In this document: positions 18,227 through 27,158 of the stretch, in pieces
Position numbering within the stretch: position 1 is the stretch's first letter
Layout of the letters: each line of letters opens with the position of its first letter
Assembly: GCA_964570065.1 (NCBI GenBank)
Contig: CAZMVZ010000002.1
Span: 20,813-84,812 of the forward strand
Source of the DNA: an uncultured Candidatus Poseidoniales archaeon
Lineage (GTDB): Archaea > Thermoplasmatota > Poseidoniia > Poseidoniales > Thalassarchaeaceae
DNA: 64,000 nucleotides
Reading direction: 5' to 3'
Translations under genes and position numbers: made by a program
Notes under the pieces: generated by a model
What the model was told of the DNA's origin: nothing
The model's input: only the letters and a program-made list of their open reading frames with translations
Databases searched by the model: none

Positions 18227-18568
18227 TCACTCTGGAGCAAGAATCTTCTGGAGGTCTCCAGATTGATACATCTCTAGAACTATGTCTGAACCCCCAATCA
18301 GTTCTCCGTTGATGAATACCTGAGGTATTGTTGGAAAATCTGACCACTCCTTCAATGCTGGTCTGGCTCTGGGATCAAGAAGGACATTTACGCAGGCAAA
18401 GGTCTCCATCCCTAGTTCTGCGATAACAGAGCTGAGAACCTGTGCTCCTCTTGCGGAGAAGCCGCACTGGGGCTGTTCTGGTGTGCCCTTCATAAAAATC
18501 ACAATTTGGTTTTCGTCAACAACTTGTTGCAGCTCTTCAGGCGTCCAGTCAAAACTCATCTCAATCAC
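18227..18568 (-). CDS. Monothiol glutaredoxin (Grx4/GrxD type)
   Basis: The 'GTPEQPQCGFS' CGFS active site is present, together with 'WSDFPTIPQVFINGELIGGSDI'. Confidence 0.9.
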   Translation of the reverse strand: MIEMSFDWTPEELQQVVDENQIVIFMKGTPEQPQCGFSARGAQVLSSVIAELGMETFACVNVLLDPRARPALKEWSDFPTIPQVFINGELIGGSDIVLEMYQSGDLQKILAPE

Positions 18569-18888
18569 TCCTTCCTTGGTCTGCGGATATGCACCCCATA
18601 GAACTCATGCTCTTGACCATGTGGGTCGAAAGCCGTTTGAGTGGATGCTTCGGCTTGCTCCGGGGTCATGCACTTCAGATCAAGAGCATGGACGGTGTTG
18701 TTGGAAATGTACTCCTTGAAGTGATTCAGTATAGGTTTCTGCCTCTGAAGGGGCAACACACCCTCATAGGTTTCTGATGTCACTCTGACATGGAAGTGGT
18801 CACCGGAACCGTGCAAATCGGTTGCTTCGACCATGGCATCGGGAACGACCTTGAGAATCTCTTGCCGCATCCACTCGACTGTGACCAT
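18565..18888 (-). CDS. bolA: BolA-family protein
   Basis: 'DLHGSGDHFHVRVTSETYEG..LQRQKPILNHF..VHALDLKCMTPEQ' is BolA-like. The stop overlaps the Grx start (ATGA, 18565-18568). Confidence 0.8.
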   Translation of the reverse strand: MVTVEWMRQEILKVVPDAMVEATDLHGSGDHFHVRVTSETYEGVLPLQRQKPILNHFKEYISNNTVHALDLKCMTPEQAEASTQTAFDPHGQEHEFYGVHIRRPRKE

Positions 18889-18918
18889 TGAGTTCGGAAG
18901 AAGTGGTTCAGATATAAA

Positions 18919-19599
18919 TTACATTTCGAGAGAGTTTGTGATGGAAATGAGATTTTCGCGGATTGATGCTTCGTTGTTGATTAGTCCTGATCCAACTACT
19001 GCAATATCTATCCCCCATTCGGATACCAATGCCGCATTGTGATCTTTTATCCCGCCGTCTATCATCAGTTTTGTCTCTCTACCACCATTTTCAATCTGAG
19101 AGTCAATTGCCTCGCGGAGTGATCTTACCTTTCCCTCTACTTCGGGGATGAAAGATTGACCCCCCTTTCCAGGGACTACGGACATTACCAGAACTAAATC
19201 AAGTTCAGGAAGGAAAGGTAGAAGCCCGTCAATTGAGGTGTCGGGGTTAATCACGCATCCAGATTGAACTCCTGAACCATGCAAATCAGAAATCAATTTT
19301 GGAAAATCCTCTACTGCCTCGATATGTGCAATTACCATATCGGCGCCGGCATTTGCATATTGCTCCCACGTATCCTCGGCATTTGTTATCATCAAGTGAC
19401 AATCTATGAACACCGCGGGGCCAACTCTTTCTCTGACTGATTTGATCAATGCGGGTCCAAAGGTGATTGTGCGATTGACGACCCAATTCCCATCCATGAC
19501 GTCCATGTGCAACCAACCAATTCCAGCCTCTATCGCCTCATCGATGGTTTCGCCTAATCTGCAGAAGTCTGCCGTAAGTATGCTAGGTGTAATTTCCAT
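18919..19599 (-). CDS. rpe: Ribulose-phosphate 3-epimerase
   Basis: 'ITPSILTADFCRLGETI', 'LHMDVMDG', 'DCHLM', 'VMSVVPGKGGQSF' and 'DGGI' are present. Confidence 0.9.
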   Translation of the reverse strand: MEITPSILTADFCRLGETIDEAIEAGIGWLHMDVMDGNWVVNRTITFGPALIKSVRERVGPAVFIDCHLMITNAEDTWEQYANAGADMVIAHIEAVEDFPKLISDLHGSGVQSGCVINPDTSIDGLLPFLPELDLVLVMSVVPGKGGQSFIPEVEGKVRSLREAIDSQIENGGRETKLMIDGGIKDHNAALVSEWGIDIAVVGSGLINNEASIRENLISITNSLEM

Positions 19600-19711
19600 A
19601 CTCGCTCGTTGATTGGGAAGGGGTTTCGGTTCTCAATCTCTTCTAATCCAACCTAACCAATAACACACATGTTGATAGGATGGGAAACAATGGATTGTAG
19701 TAGGTGGCATT

Positions 19712-20029
19712 ATGGGCAAGGTTATCGATACTGGTGATGCAGACTTTGATGTAACAACAAAGAGCGATGAGTGGGTGCTAGCTGATTTCTGGGCACCATG
19801 GTGCGGGCCATGCAGAATGGTTGGTCCAGTCCTTTCACAGATTGCCCAAGAAAGAGAAATCACCATTGCGAAGATAAATACCGATGTCAATCCTCTTACT
19901 TCAGGGAGATTTGGCATTAGGGGCATTCCGGCACTGATTCTATTCAGGAATGGTGAGATGGTGGATAGAATGACTGGTGCGATGCCCAAGCAGAGTATGG
20001 ATTCCTGGCTAGACAGGCATATGTCCTAG
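19712..20029 (+). CDS. trxA: Thioredoxin
   Basis: The '[11 protein letters not shown]' active site and '[16 protein letters not shown]' are present. The protein is 105 aa. Confidence 0.9.
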   Translation: MGKVIDTGDADFDVTTKSDEWVLADFWAPWCGPCRMVGPVLSQIAQEREITIAKINTDVNPLTSGRFGIRGIPALILFRNGEMVDRMTGAMPKQSMDSWLDRHMS

Positions 20030-21582
20030 TCCGCGGCATTGTTCAGTTTTCTCAGGCGCTCTTCTAATGGCTTCCCTACATCTCTCAGTAATCTGGACCT
20101 GAGGGCCTCATGCAACCACATCCCTTCTTCCAAATCTAACATTAAACCCCTCTCAATGAGCTGTGCTGGGGGCGTTCCATCAATATCTGCAGCAATTGCC
20201 AGCTTCTCCCAGGGAACCGGGCGTTCGGAAGTGGCTAGAATTGAAAGAATCTCCCTATGCTCATCTGGGAGGACATTCAGAATTTCTTCATCCAAGAATC
20301 TGAGCCAGTCCTCGTGTAGAGTCTGCCCGTACATTTCCAGTAATTCTACTGCAAGGGGGTGACCCCCGGTAATCCTATGGATTTCCGATGCAGCAGCATT
20401 TTCTGGGACTTGGATCATTTCTATCCAAGTTTCAATTTCTTCAGGCGAGAGGCCTGATAGTGCCAATTCCGAAACCTTGTCCAATGTGTGCACATATCGG
20501 CGATCATAGAAGGCTAGACTTGTTCTGGAAATCATCAATAGCCTTAGTTTAGTTTTCTCAGCAGTCTGAAGGAGAGCACCGAAGAGGTGATCTCCCTTAG
20601 TTCCGATATTGTGGACATCATCTAACACTACAAGAATCTCATCTGATTGGTCTCCATCCTCAGTGTCATTGATGTTATTCTTTTCATCCAACAAGTGTGC
20701 TGTTAATCGTCTCCTAAAGGAGTCTATCTCCAGTCTAGCTGCAGGCTTGTAGGGAAGAGTCTCCAAGATTCTGTAAGGATCTTCTGAATCCCCAGTGATG
20801 CCAATTCGGTGAAGTAGGCTTGTTGCAATCCCTAGTGGAGAGTCCCATGGATGGCAAGGATAGTACATCGTTTTGAGATTGGGATTTGCATCCATCGTCT
20901 CTGAAATCCAATGGGATGCTAGTGTTGTCTTGCCGCATCCAGCGATACCAGATATTACTAGCAATGGTTTTTCGGAATTAAGCCACTTGTCCAGTTCTCT
21001 CAACTCATCCTTTCTCCCATGGACCGTGCGTGTCTTTGGAGGATTTGTATGGTAGGTGGAATGAGCCCCAGTGAGTACAGAGATTGATCCTGGTTCTGGT
21101 TTATCTTCGTTTTTTCTAACTAGCGCACCGAATCGAATATCTCCAAAATTTAGGACGCCCTCGTGTTGGGCGTGCATCAAGATTTGAAGCAGGCTGAGTC
21201 CGGCATGCAACTTATTGGCGGCCTCATCGGCTCTGATTTCCAGAACATTGCCCTCTTTCGATCTTACCAAGATATTGAGCGAACGTAGTTCAGAAATTCT
21301 CTCTCTTGCTAGTTCCCTACCATCATCTGTTAGTTGCCATGTCTTTTGTCTGCGATTGTCTCCCCTGACCGACCTACTGTGTTGAGAAATATATCCCTGA
21401 GAAATCAATTGCCTCATCGCTCTCGAGACATTTGGGGGGTGCAATGCGCAAGATTCTGCAATCCCAGAACGAGTGACGTCGGATGTGACTGAGTAATGAT
21501 CGGCTTGGAAGTCCTGTTCCCAAAGATGCAGAACTATTCTATCAATAACGGGCACGTTAGGTCGAGAATCGTTGCGTGCCAC
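20026..21582 (-). CDS. wHTH-fused STAND (NB-ARC/MalT-like) P-loop ATPase, putative regulator
   Basis: The N-terminal '[27 protein letters not shown]' is wHTH-like. '[34 protein letters not shown]' is Walker A, 'ILVVLDDVH' is Walker B, and '[12 protein letters not shown]' is the GxP motif. A C-terminal winged-helix-like segment is present. Confidence 0.6.
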   Translation of the reverse strand: MARNDSRPNVPVIDRIVLHLWEQDFQADHYSVTSDVTRSGIAESCALHPPNVSRAMRQLISQGYISQHSRSVRGDNRRQKTWQLTDDGRELARERISELRSLNILVRSKEGNVLEIRADEAANKLHAGLSLLQILMHAQHEGVLNFGDIRFGALVRKNEDKPEPGSISVLTGAHSTYHTNPPKTRTVHGRKDELRELDKWLNSEKPLLVISGIAGCGKTTLASHWISETMDANPNLKTMYYPCHPWDSPLGIATSLLHRIGITGDSEDPYRILETLPYKPAARLEIDSFRRRLTAHLLDEKNNINDTEDGDQSDEILVVLDDVHNIGTKGDHLFGALLQTAEKTKLRLLMISRTSLAFYDRRYVHTLDKVSELALSGLSPEEIETWIEMIQVPENAAASEIHRITGGHPLAVELLEMYGQTLHEDWLRFLDEEILNVLPDEHREILSILATSERPVPWEKLAIAADIDGTPPAQLIERGLMLDLEEGMWLHEALRSRLLRDVGKPLEERLRKLNNAAD

Positions 21583-21658
21583 AGAAATAACGGTGGAGGA
21601 TTAGAGCATCAAGGTTCGGGACTAATGGATGAAAGACTTTCATGTGCCAAGGGGAGTG

Positions 21659-22117
21659 CTAATCCTTCAGCATCATCCTCAATTCCTCGACTGATCGCTG
21701 TTCATCGAAGTACACTACTTCCAGTGAATCATAAAGCTCTGTATCTCCAATTTTCTCCACTAATGGCAATATCTGACGATACGTCTCAACGGCTTTCTTT
21801 TCGGTTTCATATGCCTCAACCAGCATCTCCTTGTAGTTCGAAGTGTGGACAATTGGAGTATCATCACGCTCTGTAATTGCGGTGCCATCTAGTTTGACAA
21901 TTGCAGAACGGACAGTTGCAGCATGAGTAACGGATTCGTTTACCTCGTTGTTGAAATGGGCAGTTAAATGAAGCCTGTGAATACCAGAAACATATGCAGA
22001 GTAATGAGCATACAATGCTATTGCTCTGAGCTCCCATGCAAGTGCTCGATTGAGGGCATTGACAAGTTGCTTCTCCGACATCCCTTCTGCCTCAATGCTT
22101 GAATGGTGGCGAGTCAT
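21659..22117 (-). CDS. Ferritin-like / bacterioferritin-like four-helix-bundle protein
   Basis: 'LVNALNRALAWELRAIALYAHYS', 'NNEVNESVTHA' and 'EAYETEKKAVETY' fit E..E/H ferroxidase-type spacing. An alternative start is ATG 22081 ('MSEKQL'). Confidence 0.7.
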   Translation of the reverse strand: MTRHHSSIEAEGMSEKQLVNALNRALAWELRAIALYAHYSAYVSGIHRLHLTAHFNNEVNESVTHAATVRSAIVKLDGTAITERDDTPIVHTSNYKEMLVEAYETEKKAVETYRQILPLVEKIGDTELYDSLEVVYFDEQRSVEELRMMLKD

Positions 22118-22189
22118 ATCAACGCTCGCTTTGGGGGAAGATTTCAGATTGGCCGGAACATATGTGTCTTGGTCCTCTTTGGATGGGTC

Positions 22190-23692
22190 ATGGGTGCATA
22201 CGAAGAACTGCTTGTGAGGCTGAAGGATATTGACTTGATTGGGCAGATTGGAAGTCTTCTAAGCTGGGATCAAGAGGTACTAATGCCCCCCAAGGCTGCA
22301 CCATTGAGAGCAGAGCAGCTAGCATGGATCTCAAAGACCGCACATCAGAGACTCACTGACTCTAAGATTGGATCTTGGTTGGAAATGCTTGAGTCGGATG
22401 ATGATCTTAATGAGGTTCAGAGGGCGAATATTAGACTCGCAAGGGAGTCTTACGACAGAGCAACCAAGTTGCCGACAGAATTCGTCGAAGAGATGGCGAA
22501 GCACAGATCTAAGTCGCTTGTTTCTTGGACTGAAGCTCGTGAAAAGGACGATTTCTCTATTTTCCGAGATGACCTTGCCATAGCGATTGAGCACGCCCGG
22601 ATGAGGGCGGACTTCTATGGTTACGAAAACCTGCGATATGATGCGTTGCTTGACTTGTATGAAAGTGGTCTTACCGTGCAGAGGTTGGATCCTCTTTTCT
22701 CTGGCCTCAGGGACAATGTTGCCCCGCTAATCAGAGCGGTAGTTGAAAGTGGGAATAGGCCTGATATGTCATGGGTAGAGGGGAACTCTTGGGATCAGAC
22801 TGCTCAAGAAGAGTTGAGCCAGAGAGTTTCAGAAGCAATTGGCTTTGACTTCTCAGCGGGAAGGAGGGACCTGTCGACCCATCCTTTCTGTGGCGGACCA
22901 AATCCAGATGACGTTAGGTGGACAACTAGATACAGGGAAGACGAGCCCTTCGGTTCTTTATTTGGTTCGATGCATGAAACTGGGCACGGCACCTATGAAC
23001 AAGGGCGACCCAGAGACTTTGACTTCCAACCGGTCGGAAAGGCGAATGGACTGGGTGTTCATGAGAGTCAGAGTCGCCTTTGGGAGAACCAAGTAGGGAG
23101 GTCAAGGGAGTTTTGTGAGTGGTCCCTACCTCTTTGGAAGCAGTGCTTCCCGGACAACATGGAGGGGATTGGAGCTGAGCAGTTGTGGCAAGCAGTGAAT
23201 TTAGTAGAGCCTGGCCTAATTAGAGTAGATGCGGATGAGGCTACTTACAACTTACACATCATGATTAGGTATGAAATTGAAAAACAATTAATCGCAGGTG
23301 AAATAGAAGTTGACGAATTGCCTGACGCTTGGGATGAGATGTATCAGGAATACCTAGGAATAAAGGCCCCAAACCGTTCTCTTGGGGTTCTGCAGGATGT
23401 TCATTGGTCAATGGGTGCAATCGGTTACTTCCCCACATATACCCTGGGAAATCTATACGCAGCCCAACTACTTGAGGCTGCAAGGGAGGATCTGCCCGAT
23501 TATAATGGTCAGATTAGAAGCGGTCAATTCAGAAATCTTCTAGGTTGGATGAGAGAGAATGTCCACAACAGAGGGAGCGTGCTAAAACCAGCGAATCTAA
23601 TCGAAGAGGCTACTGGTTCGGCCCCATCTCCCGATGCTTTCGTAAGATACCTGACTTCGAAGGTAGAGAGGCTTTACGGGGTAAGTGCTTGA
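22190..23692 (+). CDS. Carboxypeptidase Taq-type metallopeptidase (M32)
   Basis: 'STHPFCGG', 'HETGHGTYEQG' (HExxH), 'HESQSRLWEN', 'IRVDADEATYNLHI' and 'GYFPTYTLGN' are present. I moved the start to ATG 22190 to avoid overlap with the ferritin-like gene. Confidence 0.85.
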   Translation: MGAYEELLVRLKDIDLIGQIGSLLSWDQEVLMPPKAAPLRAEQLAWISKTAHQRLTDSKIGSWLEMLESDDDLNEVQRANIRLARESYDRATKLPTEFVEEMAKHRSKSLVSWTEAREKDDFSIFRDDLAIAIEHARMRADFYGYENLRYDALLDLYESGLTVQRLDPLFSGLRDNVAPLIRAVVESGNRPDMSWVEGNSWDQTAQEELSQRVSEAIGFDFSAGRRDLSTHPFCGGPNPDDVRWTTRYREDEPFGSLFGSMHETGHGTYEQGRPRDFDFQPVGKANGLGVHESQSRLWENQVGRSREFCEWSLPLWKQCFPDNMEGIGAEQLWQAVNLVEPGLIRVDADEATYNLHIMIRYEIEKQLIAGEIEVDELPDAWDEMYQEYLGIKAPNRSLGVLQDVHWSMGAIGYFPTYTLGNLYAAQLLEAAREDLPDYNGQIRSGQFRNLLGWMRENVHNRGSVLKPANLIEEATGSAPSPDAFVRYLTSKVERLYGVSA

Positions 23693-23711
23693 AATTTGAA
23701 AGAGGTGCTCA

Positions 23712-24800
23712 ATGACTTTGGCAAGTCTGGAGAGTTATTCCTCCTACGTTAGAGAGGTTGACGGCGAATGCGTTTTCGTGAGGATTACGAATAATCTTCT
23801 TTTCTCGGGCTCCAGGTCTGGGGAAATTGCGTGTTGGGACATCCCCAGTGGCATGGAGATGTGGAGGTTGAGTTTTGAAGGACCGTGCTCCGATTCAGAC
23901 TGCGATAATGAAGTGTTTTTCTGTACTGAATCCGATAACATTCACGCAATTGCGACGGGTTCTGGCGATGTAATTTGGAGTCTCAAATTGGAAGGTTCGA
24001 GTGACTTTGTTCGCGTATCTAATGGATTTGTCTGGGTCACAACCTCGGTCTACAACTTTGAGATCCAAGACTACACAGAAGGGGCTGTCTGGCAAATCGA
24101 TTTTGAAGGAGAGTTGCGGAATAAGTGGGAGAACCCTGGCAGAGCATGGTCATTATCGGATCAGGGGGGTAAATTGGTAATGGGCCTCAGTCGCCCTAGA
24201 TCCGGTTATGCGCTAGTTTCTGATAGTGGGTTAGACTATCCGGAGTTGGAACATCCCCAACCGGTGACAATTGGAAACGGAGGAGGGGATGAGCCCGTAG
24301 TACTAGGTCATAGCAATGGGATGGTCACAGAGGTTGTTGGCCATAGAGTAGAGTCTGTTTCTCAAGTTGAGTCGTCGGTTCGAGCAATCGACTACTTTGG
24401 TGGTTGGGTAGTAGGAATGGATTCTGGAGGTGTTTCTTCTAGCGAATATTTTGGTTCGTGGTCCATTAATCTGAATGGCGAAATTGATGTTCTCTGTTTT
24501 GGCCCTTCGTTAGATTCTGACAAGGGCGTATGGGTACCTTCATCGAGAGATGGTAAATCTGTAATCTCACTGATTAATCCCAAGGGAGGAGTTGTGGAAA
24601 TGGAGACCTCCCATCATTCTAGAATTGTATCTGCTTTCAGTGATGAAGAGGTGATTTGCTTTGGAGATGATGCTGGTTGCATTTGCATTGTCGAGGGTGA
24701 TGTGCTTCGGCGTCGTTTCTCCAGACCAGTGGAAGAAATAGCAGAGGAAAATAGTAATTCGGAGCTGCGAAGGAAAATCCGCGGACTGCGCGGAGGTTAA
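23712..24800 (+). CDS. PQQ/WD40-like beta-propeller repeat protein
   Basis: Recurrent 'G.(I/V).(C/A).D...G...W' blades are seen, e.g. 'GEIACWDIPSGMEMWRL', 'IHAIATGSGDVIWSL' and 'GAVWQIDFEGELRNKW'. Confidence 0.6.
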   Translation: MTLASLESYSSYVREVDGECVFVRITNNLLFSGSRSGEIACWDIPSGMEMWRLSFEGPCSDSDCDNEVFFCTESDNIHAIATGSGDVIWSLKLEGSSDFVRVSNGFVWVTTSVYNFEIQDYTEGAVWQIDFEGELRNKWENPGRAWSLSDQGGKLVMGLSRPRSGYALVSDSGLDYPELEHPQPVTIGNGGGDEPVVLGHSNGMVTEVVGHRVESVSQVESSVRAIDYFGGWVVGMDSGGVSSSEYFGSWSINLNGEIDVLCFGPSLDSDKGVWVPSSRDGKSVISLINPKGGVVEMETSHHSRIVSAFSDEEVICFGDDAGCICIVEGDVLRRRFSRPVEEIAEENSNSELRRKIRGLRGG

Positions 24801-24879
24801 TTTGCAGTGGAAAAACACTCCCAATTACCTCTATTTCCAGTGAACTGCGACAATATTTACGAAACGTTTATGAGCCACC

Positions 24880-25485
24880 CATTACCCTGTGTTCTTTGCC
24901 GCTCCGGGGGAGTGGTGTGAGGGCGCTTCGGCGCGACTCGCGGGCCACAAAAACTGAGCCTCGAAACCGAGGCGGTAGAACCGAGAAACGAAAGGATCTC
25001 GGGGAAAGGCTGGAGCGTCTGTGGACGCGAAGGCCGCGGCGAATAAATCGGACGAACTGGAGGAAACGAAAGGGAGAGCGAGATAAGAGCTGAAGAGATA
25101 CATGTGCGTAGGGGGAAGAGAATAATCCTGGGTCACATAAGTGGGGAACGAAGGGGAGAGAACCGGAGGAAACGAAGGGGAAGGAAGCTGAGGGAAACAC
25201 TGGGCAACAAGGGCGGGGAGACCCGTGGAGAAGCCAGTATCGAGACGTGGAGGGAAAAGCGGAGACGAAGTACCCGAAACGGATGCGGCGAAAGAGAGAG
25301 AGATCTCACATGAGTCGGAAAATGACAAAGGAAGAGCACGAAGTTCCAGAGTCGTCTACCCGGGGAAACCTGGGCCTTCGGGCCCAGGTGACACCCGGAC
25401 CCTGCGGAGTTAACAGGGGGGGAAGCTCCCCCATGTGCGGAACCCCCTGTTGCTCCCACCTGATTCGGCCCATATTCTTCTTCTT
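24880..25485 (+). ncRNA. Candidate large structured non-coding RNA, family not recognised
   Basis: A 0.7-kb gap contains only low-complexity pseudo-ORFs and is strongly purine-rich on the + strand. Hairpins include cUUCGg at 24923-24934 and 25369-25388 (8 bp), cGGG-GAGA-CCCg at 25214-25225, and others at 24958-24973, 24981-25002 and 25015-25028. A 9-bp helix pairs 25412-25420 with 25443-25451. The 17-nt motif GGAGGAAACGAA(A/G)GGGA occurs at 25059 and 25165. A/T boxes lie at 24852-24873 upstream and a T-rich run at 25475-25485 downstream. Boundaries are approximate. Confidence 0.45.
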
Positions 25486-25510
25486 GACAGAAACGTAGTC
25501 GTCTGTCTTT

Positions 25511-27112
25511 TTACGAGCTCGGGCCTGTCATTTCCCTAGGTTTTACCCATTCTGTAAACTGATCATCGGTGAGAAGCTTGAGTTGGATTGCACTCTCTCT
25601 AAGGGTCAGCCCTTTCTCGTGAGCGTTCTTTGCAATTTTAGCAGCATTGTCGTACCCTATGTGAGGGTTTAGTGCAGTTACTAGCATCAATGAGTTCTCC
25701 AAATGGTCAGATATTTTCTCTTCGTTCGCTTTCAAACCGATAACACACTTGTCGGAGAAGGATACGCAAGTGTCGGAAAGTAGTCTTATGCTGTGCAAGA
25801 GGTTGTGAATCATCATTGGCTTGAATACATTCAACTCGAAGTTTCCCTGACTTCCGCCTATAGAAATTGCAGTGTGATTACCCATAACCTGGCAGCAAAC
25901 CATTGTCATCGCTTCCGATTGGGTTGGATTCACCTTTCCAGGCATGATACTTGATCCTGGCTCATTAGCTGGAAGAGCGATTTCTCCAAATCCGCACCTG
26001 GGCCCAGAACCTAGCCATCGAATATCATTGGCGATTTTCATGAGAGATGCTGAGAGGGCGTTGAGTGCCCCTGAGGCAGCGACTATGGCATCGTGTGCAG
26101 CGAGTTGGGCGAACTTGTTTTCGGCACTAATGAAAGGGAGGCCGGTCTTCTCGGCTATCTTCTTGGCGACCAAGTCTGCGAAGTCGGGATGGGTGTTCAG
26201 TCCCGTACCAACGGCAGTTCCGCCCAGAGCGAGTTCAAGTAGGTCATTCAGAGCTGTTTGGATCCTAATTAGGCCAGCATCCAACATCGAAACATATGCT
26301 CCGAACTCTTGGCCTAGAGTTAGCGGGACGGCATCCATCAGATGAGTTCGTCCAATCTTGACAATGTGTGCGAACTCATCTGCCTTTTCGGCCAGGGAAG
26401 TTCGAAGTTTCTGCACAGATGGGATGAGTCGGTGCTGGATCTCCTCTGCTGCAGCGATATGCATTGCAGTGGGGAACGTGTCATTGCTCGACTGGGCGCG
26501 GTTAACATGGTCATTCGGGTGGACTGGGGATTTGCTTCCCAGCTTCCCTCCTGAAGACTCTATGGCTCTATTTGCAATTACCTCATTTGCATTCATGTTA
26601 GTCTGGGTTCCCGAACCGGTCTGCCAAACCCTGAGTGGGAAATGGTCGTCAAGGGACCCAGAAATTACCTCTTCGCATGCCTGTGAAATGAGGTTTCCAA
26701 CATCATCGTCGAGAGATCCCAGAAGTACGTTTGTCTCGGCGGCTGCCTGCTTAAGAATCCCAAACGCTCGGATGACTGATCGGGGCATCTGGTCTTCACC
26801 GATATCGAAGTTGATTAGCGACCTAGCAGTTTGTGCGCCGAAATATCTGTCTGTTGGCACCTCAACCTCCCCCATAGTGTCTAGCTCAATCCTAACCTTA
26901 CCACGGACACCCTTGGGGGTCCTTGAAACGGGTGATTTGGTAGCTATCTGATGGGCATTGCCCCCGGTGAGCGAAGACTCAATCATCTTGGAGACAGTTG
27001 CCGATCTGCCCTTCTCACGTCCCTGACCAACCCGTGCATCCAATCTTCTAGCCAAATCCTCTGGAATGCTGACAGTGATTATTCTACGATCGCCGACTCT
27101 GTGCTTTGCCAT
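25511..27112 (-). CDS. fumC: Fumarate hydratase class II with an N-terminal ribbon-helix-helix-like extension of about 70 aa
   Basis: '[16 protein letters not shown]' is the signature, and '[25 protein letters not shown]' aligns to residue ~5 onward of E. coli FumC. The preceding 72 aa include '[20 protein letters not shown]...[13 protein letters not shown]' (beta-alpha-alpha, CopG-like). Confidence 0.9.
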   Translation of the reverse strand: MAKHRVGDRRIITVSIPEDLARRLDARVGQGREKGRSATVSKMIESSLTGGNAHQIATKSPVSRTPKGVRGKVRIELDTMGEVEVPTDRYFGAQTARSLINFDIGEDQMPRSVIRAFGILKQAAAETNVLLGSLDDDVGNLISQACEEVISGSLDDHFPLRVWQTGSGTQTNMNANEVIANRAIESSGGKLGSKSPVHPNDHVNRAQSSNDTFPTAMHIAAAEEIQHRLIPSVQKLRTSLAEKADEFAHIVKIGRTHLMDAVPLTLGQEFGAYVSMLDAGLIRIQTALNDLLELALGGTAVGTGLNTHPDFADLVAKKIAEKTGLPFISAENKFAQLAAHDAIVAASGALNALSASLMKIANDIRWLGSGPRCGFGEIALPANEPGSSIMPGKVNPTQSEAMTMVCCQVMGNHTAISIGGSQGNFELNVFKPMMIHNLLHSIRLLSDTCVSFSDKCVIGLKANEEKISDHLENSLMLVTALNPHIGYDNAAKIAKNAHEKGLTLRESAIQLKLLTDDQFTEWVKPREMTGPSS

Positions 27113-27158
27113 GTTGTTTCTATTAATAACTTATTAATAAATCTATTCTTTCTTGGTT

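Noticed and set aside
22103-22189. Upstream extension of the M32 carboxypeptidase ORF. The analogous extension is 18219-18347 for the EamA transporter ORF.
   Set aside because: Both extensions overlap the start or end of well-supported neighbouring genes and add non-homologous residues. Internal ATGs (22190 and 18218) give canonical N-termini and tidy spacing.
24880-25485. Whether the structured region is simply RNase P RNA or SRP (7S) RNA.
   Set aside because: I could not find the RNase P CR-I/CR-V signatures (GAGGAAAGUCC ... ACAGAA-CCGGCUUA). The nearest match is GGGGAAAGGCUGG at 25001, with no complementary P4 strand. 'GGAAGGAAGCUG' (25181-25190) resembles the SRP helix-8 3' strand but has no matching 5' strand or GNRA-capped helix around it. 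The ~570-nt span is also about twice the size of either RNA. I do not consider these identities excluded without a covariance-model search.
24868-25498. Seven overlapping ORFs of 62-148 aa on both strands in the 24.87-25.50 kb gap, e.g. 24882..25328(-) and 25104..25313(+).
   Set aside because: Their translations are pure low complexity: R/K/E/G-rich on + and S/P/F/L-rich on -. This is exactly what a purine-skewed non-coding sequence produces. Several use non-ATG starts and overlap each other in all frames. The region is better explained as RNA.
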